DNA of 64,000 bases from Gammaproteobacteria bacterium. GTDB taxonomy: Bacteria; Pseudomonadota; Gammaproteobacteria; UBA4575. The first letter of the stretch is position 1. Every line of letters begins with the position of its first letter. Positions 1 to 8,642 of the stretch are shown in pieces. The stretch spans positions 1,463,276-1,527,275 of the forward strand of contig OZ242168.1 in assembly GCA_965205275.1 (NCBI GenBank), given 5' to 3'. Position numbers and translations under genes: made by a program. The notes under the pieces were generated by a model. The model did not search any database. It worked only from the letters and a program-made list of their open reading frames with translations, and was not told where the DNA came from.

Positions 1-104
1 AGGTGAATACCTGTGATTGGCAAAAAACATGAGCCTTGGCGGATGGTCGAAATGACCATCCGCCAGACACAGAGAGATTAATTCGCTAAGGAATTCTTAC
101 TGAC

Positions 105-293
105 TTAGTGGCAAGGAAAAGCCTGGGAATGGCGAATATCATGGGCCGCATTGTGCACCGCAGCCGAATTCGCAAAACCCACACCAAACAGGATCACGGC
201 CCCCAACAAAAAAGCAGCGGCAATCTGCAAAGGCCGCCATGTCGTTGTCTTCGAAATCGTTGCATCACGCACGATTGCTGTCTGATTTTGCAT
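105..293 (-). CDS. cbtB: CbtB-like small membrane protein (cobalt transporter subunit B), paralog of 12183..12380
   Basis: 62 aa with one hydrophobic helix. The C-terminal His-rich tail VHNAAHDIRHSQAFPCH is nearly identical to the tail of ORF 12183..12380 (VHNAAHDLRHGLAFPCH), which directly precedes a CbtA-like gene. This is the last gene of the minus-strand scn/ABC cluster; any partner cbtA would lie beyond the window start. Confidence 0.55.
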   Translation of the reverse strand: MQNQTAIVRDATISKTTTWRPLQIAAAFLLGAVILFGVGFANSAAVHNAAHDIRHSQAFPCH

Positions 294-350
294 AGTTATA
301 TCTCCTCCGATTAATTAAAACTTCTAATACGCTGTAAATTCATCCGGTAC

Positions 351-1205
351 TCATCCTGAGTGGTGCCAGCTGTAACGCCGAATCAGCATCGCGCAGGAAC
401 TGTCAAGGATGTAGCCCATCACCCCAATGGTAAGTACCATTGCAGTGAGATGGTCATAGGAAAGCGTCTCCCTGGCATCCGCAATGGAATAGCCCAGTCC
501 GGAAGTCACCCCCAGAAATTCTGCCGGTACCAGCACGATCCATCCGACACCCAAAGCGAGTCGAACGCCGGTCAGAATATCGAACATGATCGCCGGCAGG
601 ATAATCTGCGTCACCATATGCCAGGGCTTGGCGCCAAGGTTGCGGGCAACCTTGAACCAGGCCGGGTCCACTTTGGCCAGGCCTGCGGCCGTTGCAAACA
701 CCACCGGCCAGACCGCGGCAATCGAGATGAGAAATACAATCGCTCCGTTCCATGTGGCAAACACAATCACCGCAATGGGCTCCCAGGAGAGTGGGCTGAT
801 CATCCGTACCAACTGAAACGGTGAGTTGCTCAACTCGCGAAAGAGCTTGCTACGGCCAAGCAGGATACCGATGGGCACACCGACGATAATCGCAATGAAA
901 AGCCCGGCGCCCAGACGGTAACCACTGGTCGTGACGGCCGCTTGGATCTTGCCCTGTGCAAACAGGTGTGGAAACGCTTGAAACGTCGGGATCGGCCCGA
1001 AGTCTTTAAAGTTTGTCGTATCGGGGTTGATCTCAATGAGATACCCCCCAAACCACCAAAGCACGAACAGGATCGCAAGACCGGCGCACCAGTTGAACAG
1101 ACTCTTGCCCATCGACTTTACGATGGCTGTGTTCTGTTGCGCAGTCCTTATAGGTGGTGCCGCAGCATCTGCACCTATATCGACCAGTTTATCTCCATTG
1201 CTCAA
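351..1205 (-). CDS. ABC transporter permease, NitT/TauT (nitrate/sulfonate/cyanate/bicarbonate) family
   Basis: 284 aa multi-pass membrane protein with NitT/TauT-type permease architecture. It overlaps the stop of the upstream binding-protein gene by 4 bp. Confidence 0.8.
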   Translation of the reverse strand: MSNGDKLVDIGADAAAPPIRTAQQNTAIVKSMGKSLFNWCAGLAILFVLWWFGGYLIEINPDTTNFKDFGPIPTFQAFPHLFAQGKIQAAVTTSGYRLGAGLFIAIIVGVPIGILLGRSKLFRELSNSPFQLVRMISPLSWEPIAVIVFATWNGAIVFLISIAAVWPVVFATAAGLAKVDPAWFKVARNLGAKPWHMVTQIILPAIMFDILTGVRLALGVGWIVLVPAEFLGVTSGLGYSIADARETLSYDHLTAMVLTIGVMGYILDSSCAMLIRRYSWHHSG

Positions 1206-2491
1206 AGTTCGAACACCTCCGTACGGATATATGGATCGCCTTCTGTCGGTACGCTTGCGTCATTCCTCCACTTGGGATTGGCTTCCAGCGCCGCTTTTAC
1301 GTAGTCGTAATTGACAAGGTCATCGGCCACGTGCTCAGGGGTCAGGGTGTCAAGGAATCTCGCATCCCCCGTGACAACCGTTTCTTTCAGGTCGCTGACA
1401 ACGAGTTCTGTCGCAGACCGGTAGGGCCAGGCCTGGAAGTCAATACGGTTCTGGTTCCACTCCGGATGCTTGATCGCCAGCGGATTCTTGTAGTAGGCCG
1501 GGTCGTAGAACATCATGGCCCGTTTCACAACCTCTTTCGGGACCGGCAGGTAGCCCTTGCCGTCACGCGAAAGCACTTCTGCCATCTCCTCCCGGTTCTC
1601 GGCGAGATGAATCTGCGCTCGGACCACAGCGTTATGCACCCCTTGTGCCCAGGCGGCACGATCGGGATCCATGGCGTCTTCTTCATGCATCACCACCACG
1701 CAGCATGGGTGTCCTTTCCAGGCATCCCCTGTAAAGCGCAGCACCTTTCCACCGGCCTTGAGTTCGCCCAGCGCGTTAAACGGTTCGGCTACACAATAGC
1801 CGTCAATCGTTCCTGCTGCGAGCGCAGGCGGCATGGAAGGCGGCGCCAGAACGAGGTAGTTACACTCATCCGGTGCCAGTTTTGCAGACTGCGGCTTGAT
1901 TACCGGTTTGATGCCGGCGGCCTTCATGATCCTTTGCGAGACAATGTTGTGGATCGAGTACCAGTACGGTACGGCAAACTGCTTGCCGCCGAAGTCCTTG
2001 GGTTCATTGATGCCACTCTTCTTGCCGACCAGTACCGCCGAACCGTTGGTATGGTCCCAGGCCGTGACCTTGATGGGATACTTGTTGTTGTAGCGCATCC
2101 ACACCGGAATCGGAATCAGCATGTGTGTCAGGTTGAACCGATGCGCTGCGAAGGCCTCCACCAGTGGCGACCAGCCACGAATAAGTGTCGGCTTCACGGA
2201 ATCGATGCCTTCATCCTTGAAGTACCCCTGGTCATGCGCGATCAGCAGGGCCGCCGCATCGGTGATGGGGATATAGCCGATCTTGATCACCGGATCCCAT
2301 TTTCTCTTGGCCAAGGCAGGCATCGGCAAGGCACTTGCTCCGCCGAGGGCAGCAAGTCCCCCTACCTGGAGCAATTCACGCCGGTTGATACCGGTCCCCA
2401 GTACCCCCTTGAACAGCGGGTCATATTCTATGGCAAGCTTGGGATCATCCTGCTGTATCCCGTCGCCATGTTTCTCGTAGATTTTCTTCAT
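1202..2491 (-). CDS. Periplasmic substrate-binding protein, NrtA/CmpA/CynA-like (NitT/TauT family) with twin-arginine signal
   Basis: 429 aa. The N-terminus has the Tat motif RRELLQVGGLAALGGASALPMPALA. Size and position between ATPase and permease are typical of nitrate/cyanate/bicarbonate-type binding proteins. Confidence 0.7.
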   Translation of the reverse strand: MKKIYEKHGDGIQQDDPKLAIEYDPLFKGVLGTGINRRELLQVGGLAALGGASALPMPALAKRKWDPVIKIGYIPITDAAALLIAHDQGYFKDEGIDSVKPTLIRGWSPLVEAFAAHRFNLTHMLIPIPVWMRYNNKYPIKVTAWDHTNGSAVLVGKKSGINEPKDFGGKQFAVPYWYSIHNIVSQRIMKAAGIKPVIKPQSAKLAPDECNYLVLAPPSMPPALAAGTIDGYCVAEPFNALGELKAGGKVLRFTGDAWKGHPCCVVVMHEEDAMDPDRAAWAQGVHNAVVRAQIHLAENREEMAEVLSRDGKGYLPVPKEVVKRAMMFYDPAYYKNPLAIKHPEWNQNRIDFQAWPYRSATELVVSDLKETVVTGDARFLDTLTPEHVADDLVNYDYVKAALEANPKWRNDASVPTEGDPYIRTEVFEL

Positions 2492-2557
2492 GTCGGAATT
2501 CCTCTCATCGTTACTCTCATGGTTAATAGGATCTGAAGTGCACTTTCAGACATTATT

Positions 2558-3391
2558 TCAACTGCCGACCAGTTCGGCATTCGATGCAGCATCACTGTCT
2601 ATTTCCGTATCGGGACTGTCGTCGTCCGACACGCCTGCCGCATCGTGGAAAATTTGCATCAGGCTGGTACGCATCGCCTGAACCTTAGGATCCTGTCTTT
2701 CACGCGGATCGTCAAGGTCCACCTTGAAGTCATGTACAATCTTGCCCGGTGACCCGGCCATCACCAGGGCACGATCGGCCATGATGACCGCTTCGTCAAT
2801 GTCGTGGGTGACCATGACCAGATTGAAACCCAGCTGCTTCGAAATGGCCCGGACATCTTTTTGCAGGGTGGCGCGGGTAAAGGCGTCCAGCGCCGAAAAA
2901 GGTTCATCCAGAAGCAACAGATCGGGCTCCATCACCAGAGAACGCGCAAGCGCGACGCGCTGCTGCTGTCCACCCGAAAGGTCTTGTGTATTGTTCTTTG
3001 CAAATTCGTCAAGATGCACCAGATTGACCACCTCGGTAACCCGTTCCTTGATTTTATGGCGAGGCCAGTGGGCAAAACGCAAACCGGTACCGACATTTTG
3101 CTCAACCGTCATCCAGGGAAAGAGATGCGGCGCCTGGAACATCATGACCCATCGCGACGAGGGTTCCGTAACATCTTTTTCATTGAGACGGACAATGCCG
3201 CTCGTTTTATCCAGCAAACCGGCCAGGATATGCAGAAGGGTCGATTTGCCACATCCGGACCGCCCGATAATAACCAGCGCTTCCCTGGATTGGGCCTCGA
3301 TATTGACGTTCTCAAAAGTAACGGGACTCTTCGCCGTATAACGGTGCGTAAGATCCTCGATCCTGATGTGTACGCCTGTACGTTCTTCCAT
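2558..3391 (-). CDS. ABC transporter ATP-binding protein (NitT/TauT family)
   Basis: Walker A GRSGCGKSTL, ABC signature LSGGQQQRVALARSL and Walker B LLLLDEPFSALD are all present. Confidence 0.9.
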   Translation of the reverse strand: MEERTGVHIRIEDLTHRYTAKSPVTFENVNIEAQSREALVIIGRSGCGKSTLLHILAGLLDKTSGIVRLNEKDVTEPSSRWVMMFQAPHLFPWMTVEQNVGTGLRFAHWPRHKIKERVTEVVNLVHLDEFAKNNTQDLSGGQQQRVALARSLVMEPDLLLLDEPFSALDAFTRATLQKDVRAISKQLGFNLVMVTHDIDEAVIMADRALVMAGSPGKIVHDFKVDLDDPRERQDPKVQAMRTSLMQIFHDAAGVSDDDSPDTEIDSDAASNAELVGS

Positions 3392-3528
3392 ATGTGTTCC
3401 CTGCTTCTGTGCCGGTCTTTACGTACTGTAAATCGACGTTTCATTCGCTTTACATACCCTTGCAGGCACTAAAATCCAAGCTAAAACCGAGCCCGTTTCA
3501 TTTGGGTTCAACTCCTCATTTCATGCTG

Positions 3529-3891
3529 TCATTCCGCGATAATCTTGTCTGACCACTCCACGTCCTCGACAAAAGTGTCAGGGTTGCCAGGCTGTGCACC
3601 GGCTTTCGCCATATCCTCTTCACTCACCCCTCGAGCCCTTGAGCACGCGCCACAGCATTCTATCCGGACCCCGTTGCCGATCGCCTCGTCCCATTGTTCG
3701 GCCACGGATGGCCAGCCAAGGGGCACCATGTTTTCACGCACGACGGGCCGCGCCAGACACACGGCTTCTCCAAGCAGGAAAATCCGAACCTCATGGCCTG
3801 CACTGGCCAGCGCGTTCGAATGTCCAAACACCATGGCCGCCCGTGTCGGGTCGTCGCTTCCCCATGAAGACTTCATGAATATATTTGCCAT
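3529..3891 (-). CDS. DsrE/DsrF-like (TusD/YchN fold) sulfur-relay family protein
   Basis: 120 aa. The N-terminal segment fits the DsrE/YchN pattern (FMKSSWGSDDPTRAAMVFGHSNALASAGHEVRIFLLGEAV). It has the conserved Cys region IECCGACSRARGV and a C-terminal ...DKIIAE. Confidence 0.5.
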   Translation of the reverse strand: MANIFMKSSWGSDDPTRAAMVFGHSNALASAGHEVRIFLLGEAVCLARPVVRENMVPLGWPSVAEQWDEAIGNGVRIECCGACSRARGVSEEDMAKAGAQPGNPDTFVEDVEWSDKIIAE

Positions 3892-3974
3892 AAACTTAAT
3901 TATTCCTTACTTTTACGTTTTTCTGTCACACTTTTTCATCAACAATACGCTGACTCCGGGAAGCATACACTCCG

Positions 3975-4382
3975 TCAGACGCGATTGAGGCGTTCGTCGA
4001 CATACTTCATGCGAAGCGCCAGTTCATCTTCATCAATCAGGCCGCGCCGGATCATCGAATGGGCAAGGGCCAGGAGCTGGCGCTCCGGATACGGAACATC
4101 CTGGTACAGCGTCTCGGAGAGCTCATCTTCCTCATTGCGGCGTTCCAGCACAGGAAGCGCACAGTTTTCAGCGGAAAGCGCCTCACAGGTCGAGTCCAGG
4201 TTAAGCTTCCATGGGGGATCGGGGTTTTCCACCCCGTATTGCCTGGCCAGGTCCTCCCATGCTCTTCCTTGCCTGCGAATCTTCTCGAGCAGTGAAATCG
4301 AAGAAAATTCCGATTGCGGGTCGGTCAAACCGGCTTCGGAAGCTTTTTTCTCCGGGGCAGCCATCGCGTTCCTAGTGACCAT
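3975..4382 (-). CDS. Nitrile hydratase / thiocyanate hydrolase accessory (activator, NhlE/P15K-like) protein
   Basis: 135 aa acidic protein immediately downstream of the gamma (NHase-alpha-like) subunit, overlapping it by 11 bp. Size and position match the self-subunit-swapping activators of Co-type NHase/SCNase. The homology is inferred, not confirmed. Confidence 0.4.
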   Translation of the reverse strand: MVTRNAMAAPEKKASEAGLTDPQSEFSSISLLEKIRRQGRAWEDLARQYGVENPDPPWKLNLDSTCEALSAENCALPVLERRNEEDELSETLYQDVPYPERQLLALAHSMIRRGLIDEDELALRMKYVDERLNRV

Positions 4383-5064
4383 GAACCGGGTTGGCCGCCT
4401 TGTGTACGGGCCGCTTGTCGTCTGCCTTGCGGTCCGGGTGCGGCAGGGCTACGCCCAGCATACAGTCACGCGTTACAATTTCGGCGAGCTGATCCTCGCT
4501 CCAGCCTTCCGTGCCTTCGGGGCGCATCGGCATGACCATGAAACGGCACTTCTGGTTCGAGTCCTCAACCCGGACTTCTGTATCGGCAGGCACCTGCAGA
4601 CCAAACTCTGCCAGCACCTGGCGTGGCCATCGGACCAGTCGGCGTCGATAATTCGGAGTCCGGTACCACTCGGGGGAATGACCCAGAATGGGCCTGGGGT
4701 AACACGAGCACAGCGTACACACCACCACATGATGCACGGACGGGGTGTTTTCAAGGACGCGTAAATCGCAATAATCACTTGGCGTTCCGAATCCTGTCGG
4801 GTTCAGCCAGTCGACCCCCACTTCCTTGCTGGCCGCGAAGCCATCCTCCAGGGCACGTTTCTTGAATTCGGGATCGAGCCAGGACTTGGCAACCAGTCGT
4901 GCCGCCGGCAGCGGTCCTATGCTATGTGCAAATTCCGCAAAGCGTCGATGATCTTCGGCACTGAAAAGGCCTTTCTCAATCGCCAGCTCACGAACAGCCA
5001 CTTCCAGAACTTCGAAGTCGCTGACCTCATCCACCATGGGTGCGGCTTTATGTTTCTCTGCCAT
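4372..5064 (-). CDS. scnC: Thiocyanate hydrolase gamma subunit (Co-type nitrile hydratase alpha-like), metal-binding VCTLCSC motif
   Basis: 230 aa carrying the motif HVVVCTLCSCYPRPILG (the Co-type C-T-L-C-S-C claw), then SPEWYRTPNYRRRLVRWPRQVLAEFG. It follows two separate beta-half genes, as in SCNase. Confidence 0.75.
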   Translation of the reverse strand: MAEKHKAAPMVDEVSDFEVLEVAVRELAIEKGLFSAEDHRRFAEFAHSIGPLPAARLVAKSWLDPEFKKRALEDGFAASKEVGVDWLNPTGFGTPSDYCDLRVLENTPSVHHVVVCTLCSCYPRPILGHSPEWYRTPNYRRRLVRWPRQVLAEFGLQVPADTEVRVEDSNQKCRFMVMPMRPEGTEGWSEDQLAEIVTRDCMLGVALPHPDRKADDKRPVHKAANPVHGH

Positions 5065-5110
5065 AATTCTTTCCTCTCTATTCGGTTCGCTTTATCCGTT
5101 CCGGTCCGGG

Positions 5111-5485
5111 TTACGCCGACTCCAGCCAGCGTTCGGAAAACTCTGTCTGCAAGGTATCGTTCGCATAGGCATCCGGATATCCGGACCAGAGATCCTTCTG
5201 CCTGAAACGCACAATGTAGAACCACTCGGGATCGTCAACGTTATCCCAGGCCTCGTCCTCAGGGGCGGGGCTTTCATGCGTCACCGCGGCCACGACACCC
5301 TCCGCACCCCGTGTATACACCTGACACCGGGTGTAGAAGATATCCGGCAAATCCTGGATGCGCACGCGATCACCGACGTTGAATTTGGGCGGGCCGGCTT
5401 CGCCTTGGAAACATTGGGGGTCGCCTTTCCCCGTAGCTTTTTCGGCGTGATGACTTCTACTCATGGCGCTTCTTGACCTCATCAA
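5111..5485 (-). CDS. scnA: Thiocyanate hydrolase alpha subunit (corresponds to the C-terminal half of nitrile hydratase beta)
   Basis: 124 aa with an NHase-beta C-terminal-like segment (VGDRVRIQDL...YTRGAEGVVAAV...PEWFYIVRF). It lies between the beta and gamma genes. The alternative identity is a split NHase beta. Confidence 0.65.
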   Translation of the reverse strand: MMRSRSAMSRSHHAEKATGKGDPQCFQGEAGPPKFNVGDRVRIQDLPDIFYTRCQVYTRGAEGVVAAVTHESPAPEDEAWDNVDDPEWFYIVRFRQKDLWSGYPDAYANDTLQTEFSERWLESA

Positions 5486-5930
5486 TCTTGTTCATCAGTT
5501 CGGTGAGCGTAACGTGTTGCTTGTCTACCATGATGCGTGCAGCAGAAAGCAGCCAGCGCCCATAGTAGGGCAAGCCCAGGTACTGGGTCTGGCCCAGGTC
5601 AACGTTCTGCCGGCGACGTCTTTCCTCGGCATTCCAAACCCCGCGCCACGCCAGGCATTCACAGGTTACGTAGGTATTCAATTCCCACTGCTCTTCCTCT
5701 TTTTCATGCCATTGAATGGAGACGTCGGGTTCGCCACCGACATCATGCGAAGTGCGCATATAGGCCCTGAAATGAGCGTTATCAACCTCAGTGGGAAGTG
5801 GTGCATGCTGCGGTTGATGCAAAGCCGGTTGCAGTTGACCGACAATGTCAATATGCCGCATCACCTTCTGTCTCGTATCGGATGACATAGCGTTGATCTC
5901 CTCCTTACTTCCTACATATATGGATGTCAA
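5457..5930 (-). CDS. scnB: Thiocyanate hydrolase beta subunit (corresponds to the N-terminal half of nitrile hydratase beta)
   Basis: 157 aa, the size reported for ScnB, with NHase-beta N-terminal-like motifs (HDVGGEPDV...WELNTYVTCECLAWRGVWNAEERRR...LGLPYYGRWLL). It is the first gene of the minus-strand operon and overlaps scnA by 29 bp in another frame. Confidence 0.65.
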   Translation of the reverse strand: MTSIYVGSKEEINAMSSDTRQKVMRHIDIVGQLQPALHQPQHAPLPTEVDNAHFRAYMRTSHDVGGEPDVSIQWHEKEEEQWELNTYVTCECLAWRGVWNAEERRRRQNVDLGQTQYLGLPYYGRWLLSAARIMVDKQHVTLTELMNKIDEVKKRHE

Positions 5931-6081
5931 ACAAGTTGCCTTGTAAGCCAGATAATTCGGGTATTTTAGAATTTACTTATTTACTTATTTTATAGCATAT
6001 TCACTTTAGATAATGACAAGTCTAAAGGAGTTGTGTTATTAATCCAAGACTTTATATTTATCAAACCTATAAGAGTTGACT

Positions 6082-7014
6082 ATGGACCGAAGGGACATTT
6101 TCCCGCGTTCCCTCCAGTACCTGATCGCCATCGCAGAGTATGGCAGCTATACGCGCGCGGCTGAAGCCTTGCATGTCTCACAGCCCACTTTGTCGCAACA
6201 AATCAAACAACTGGAAAGTTACCTGCAATCCCCCTTGCTGGACCGGTCCGGACGACATGTGCAGCTCACCGACGCCGGCAAGATATATGTGCGCCATGCC
6301 CGTCGCGCCTGGGGGGAATTGAGCACCGGTACGCGGGCCATCCACGATGTACAGAACCTGAGTCGCGGTTCATTGCGCCTGGGATGGACACCGATTACCG
6401 ACTATCTGACCTGCTCCCTGCTGGCCTGCTACAACAGCCAATATCCCGGTATTACCCTGAGTACGCTGGATATGCCCCAGGACGACATTGAATCCGCCAT
6501 ATCCGAAGCCCGCATTGATATCGGCATTACCTTCAGCAAACCCACCGACCCCGAGGATGTATCGGGCAATACCGAAACGTTCACGCTGTTTGAAGAAGCC
6601 CTGCACCTGGCCGTCGGCAACGCACACCCGCGTGCCAAACGGCATAAGCGGATCAGTGTCCAGGATTTTGGCAAGGAATCCCTGGTACAGCTCAATACGG
6701 ACTTCGCGCTGCGCCGTCACATCGACCGCTATTGTCATGATCACGGCATCGAACCCTATAATGCAATCGAAACCAATTCTCTTACCGTGATCATAGAAAT
6801 GGTGGAACACGGCCCACTGGCCACCGTGCTGCCCAGTACCATTATCAATGCGCAGAGCGGGCTTCATCCAATCGAGGTATTACCGGAACTTCCCCATCAC
6901 ACCGTCAGCCTGGTCTGGCATAAAGGCGGTTACAAAAGTCCGGCATGCCAGGCCTTTCTGGAGATGGCATCGGACTGGGCCGCGCGCATGTGCCAGAAAA
7001 AACAGGCACCGTGA
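6082..7014 (+). CDS. LysR-family transcriptional regulator (CynR-like position, divergent from the scn operon, upstream of cynS)
   Basis: N-terminal HTH (LQYLIAIAEYGSYTRAAEALHVSQPTLSQQIKQLE) followed by a LysR substrate-binding domain. The ATG at 6082 is preferred over the TTG at 6076. Confidence 0.85.
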   Translation: MDRRDIFPRSLQYLIAIAEYGSYTRAAEALHVSQPTLSQQIKQLESYLQSPLLDRSGRHVQLTDAGKIYVRHARRAWGELSTGTRAIHDVQNLSRGSLRLGWTPITDYLTCSLLACYNSQYPGITLSTLDMPQDDIESAISEARIDIGITFSKPTDPEDVSGNTETFTLFEEALHLAVGNAHPRAKRHKRISVQDFGKESLVQLNTDFALRRHIDRYCHDHGIEPYNAIETNSLTVIIEMVEHGPLATVLPSTIINAQSGLHPIEVLPELPHHTVSLVWHKGGYKSPACQAFLEMASDWAARMCQKKQAP

Positions 7015-7034
7015 TGTGCCTGACCCGGCCTGCC

Positions 7035-7076
7035 GCATCCAAAAGGATGCGATGGCCGGATGCAGCAGGCTGCATC
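7035..7076 (+). terminator. Two adjacent stem-loops after the LysR stop (gcatcc-aaaa-ggatgc and gatgcag-cagg-ctgcatc)
   Basis: Perfect 6-bp and 7-bp inverted repeats seen directly in the sequence 20-60 nt after the stop at 7012-7014. There is no strong T-run. Confidence 0.35.
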
Positions 7077-7254
7077 GGCTTCATGGGTGACCGATATGGA
7101 TACATTGATGCACAATAATGGTGCAACCCTGGCATTCCACCGGTCCAGCCCCTGACTACCGGATTCACAAGTGTATGAAAAACCAGTCGTCAACGGAGTT
7201 GGCCCGGGTTTTGCTTGAGCTTCAGTCCATACAACTTACAGTAAGGGGAATGAA

Positions 7255-7695
7255 GTGACCAAAGAAGAAATGACGGACTGCATCATTGCGTCCAAAAAAG
7301 CAAAAGGATTGACCTGGAAAGCTATTGCCAGCAAGCTGGGCATGCACGAGACTTGGGTGACTTCCGCATGCCTTGGAATGAACAGCATGCCTGAAAAGGA
7401 AGCCAGTATCTTGTGTGAAGCCCTCGAACTGGACGAAAGCACATGCGCAGCCCTGAAAGAGTATCCCGATAAATCATGGGAGAAGACCATTCCACAGGAC
7501 CCGGTGACCTACCGGCTGTACGAAATTGTCGGCGTATACGGCAATACGATCAAGGAACTCATCCATGAAAAGTTCGGCGACGGGATCATGAGCGCGATCG
7601 ATTTTTCAATGAACATCGAGAAGGAAGAGAACCCGAAAGGAGACCGGGTTGTAATCACACTGAACGGTAAATTCCTGAAATATACCGCATGGTAA
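7255..7695 (+). CDS. cynS: Cyanase (cyanate hydratase/lyase)
   Basis: 146 aa. The C-terminal half closely matches the CynS catalytic domain (YRLYEIVGVYGNTIKELIHEKFGDGIMSAIDFSMNIEKEENPKGDRVVITLNGKFL). A GTG start with a GGGGAA ribosome-binding site precedes it. Confidence 0.9.
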   Translation: MTKEEMTDCIIASKKAKGLTWKAIASKLGMHETWVTSACLGMNSMPEKEASILCEALELDESTCAALKEYPDKSWEKTIPQDPVTYRLYEIVGVYGNTIKELIHEKFGDGIMSAIDFSMNIEKEENPKGDRVVITLNGKFLKYTAW

Positions 7696-7883
7696 TACCG
7701 GGTCCCGGTTGTACGTTACCTTCAGCCTGATGCGATCGTACCGGGAGGCTTCGGACTGCATTCTTTTACAAACGGAACCGGCAGGTTCCCAAAGACAGCT
7801 GGGGTCATGCCGGGGCCGTTTTCCGGTATGGCCCAGCCATTGAGCGGTGTTCAAATGATGCGCCGTTGCGGTAATCTTCTCCC

Positions 7884-8207
7884 ATGCCCGACCCCCAACA
7901 GGCACTAGTTTCTTTTTTTGAGCAGGTCGCCCGAAAAGACAGGGCGTTACTGGAAAAACTGGAACAGGAACCGCGCTTCAGTATGGAACCGGAACGCTGG
8001 TGCTTTACCTTGCCGGGCCTGCATGCCTTCCTTCAACGCCAGGATGAAACGTTTGGCCACCTTGAATACGGACCGTTCCGGCAATTGATTTTTTGCAGCG
8101 CCATCAACCAGACCCTGCAGTCCTGCGGGGCTGAAATCACCCTTCACGACAACCGGAGCAACGTGGACAAGTCGACGTACGCCCTGGTTTGGCCAGCCCG
8201 CGATTAG
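7884..8207 (+). CDS. Hypothetical protein
   Basis: 107-aa ORF with no recognised motif. Coding status is uncertain. Confidence 0.3.
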   Translation: MPDPQQALVSFFEQVARKDRALLEKLEQEPRFSMEPERWCFTLPGLHAFLQRQDETFGHLEYGPFRQLIFCSAINQTLQSCGAEITLHDNRSNVDKSTYALVWPARD

Positions 8208-8277
8208 CGGACCTCCGGGTCCTGCGGACAGGCCCGGGCTTCCCGAACCCCTTTGCGTTCGACGGATTCGCGCGCGC

Positions 8278-8547
8278 TCATCTTTGCGTGCGTTTTCGTT
8301 TACTGGCATCCGCAAAATGCACGACGCTGTACGAAATGCCGAAGCCCATGAACAGGGAGAGGATGATCAATGCGGCATTTGCCAGGTCGATATCCCCGCC
8401 GATACTGGTGTTCACACCCAAAAGCCTGGCCAGGATATTCATGATCAGCAAGCCCAGAAACACCCCTCCAAAAAATAAAATGCGAAACGGCCGGTTCCCG
8501 GTCGTGATCACATCAACGAATCGGTCGATCAACTGTTGTCGCATCAT
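8278..8547 (-). CDS. Hypothetical small membrane protein (2 predicted TM helices)
   Basis: 89 aa with two hydrophobic helices and a KRKRTQR C-terminus. No family was recognised. Confidence 0.35.
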   Translation of the reverse strand: MMRQQLIDRFVDVITTGNRPFRILFFGGVFLGLLIMNILARLLGVNTSIGGDIDLANAALIILSLFMGFGISYSVVHFADASKRKRTQR

Positions 8548-8642
8548 GCTGTTTTATATCCCAAGCTTCCAGGCACACTAGTATATCCCCGTACGCGGTA
8601 CGGTGCCCGCCCATCAACACACCGCCATGGATGAACCCCTTT

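Noticed and set aside
1154-2536. 460-aa plus-strand ORF overlapping the NrtA-like binding-protein gene
   Set aside because: It is antisense to a gene with a clear Tat signal and family features. The translation is Arg/His/Val-rich nonsense.
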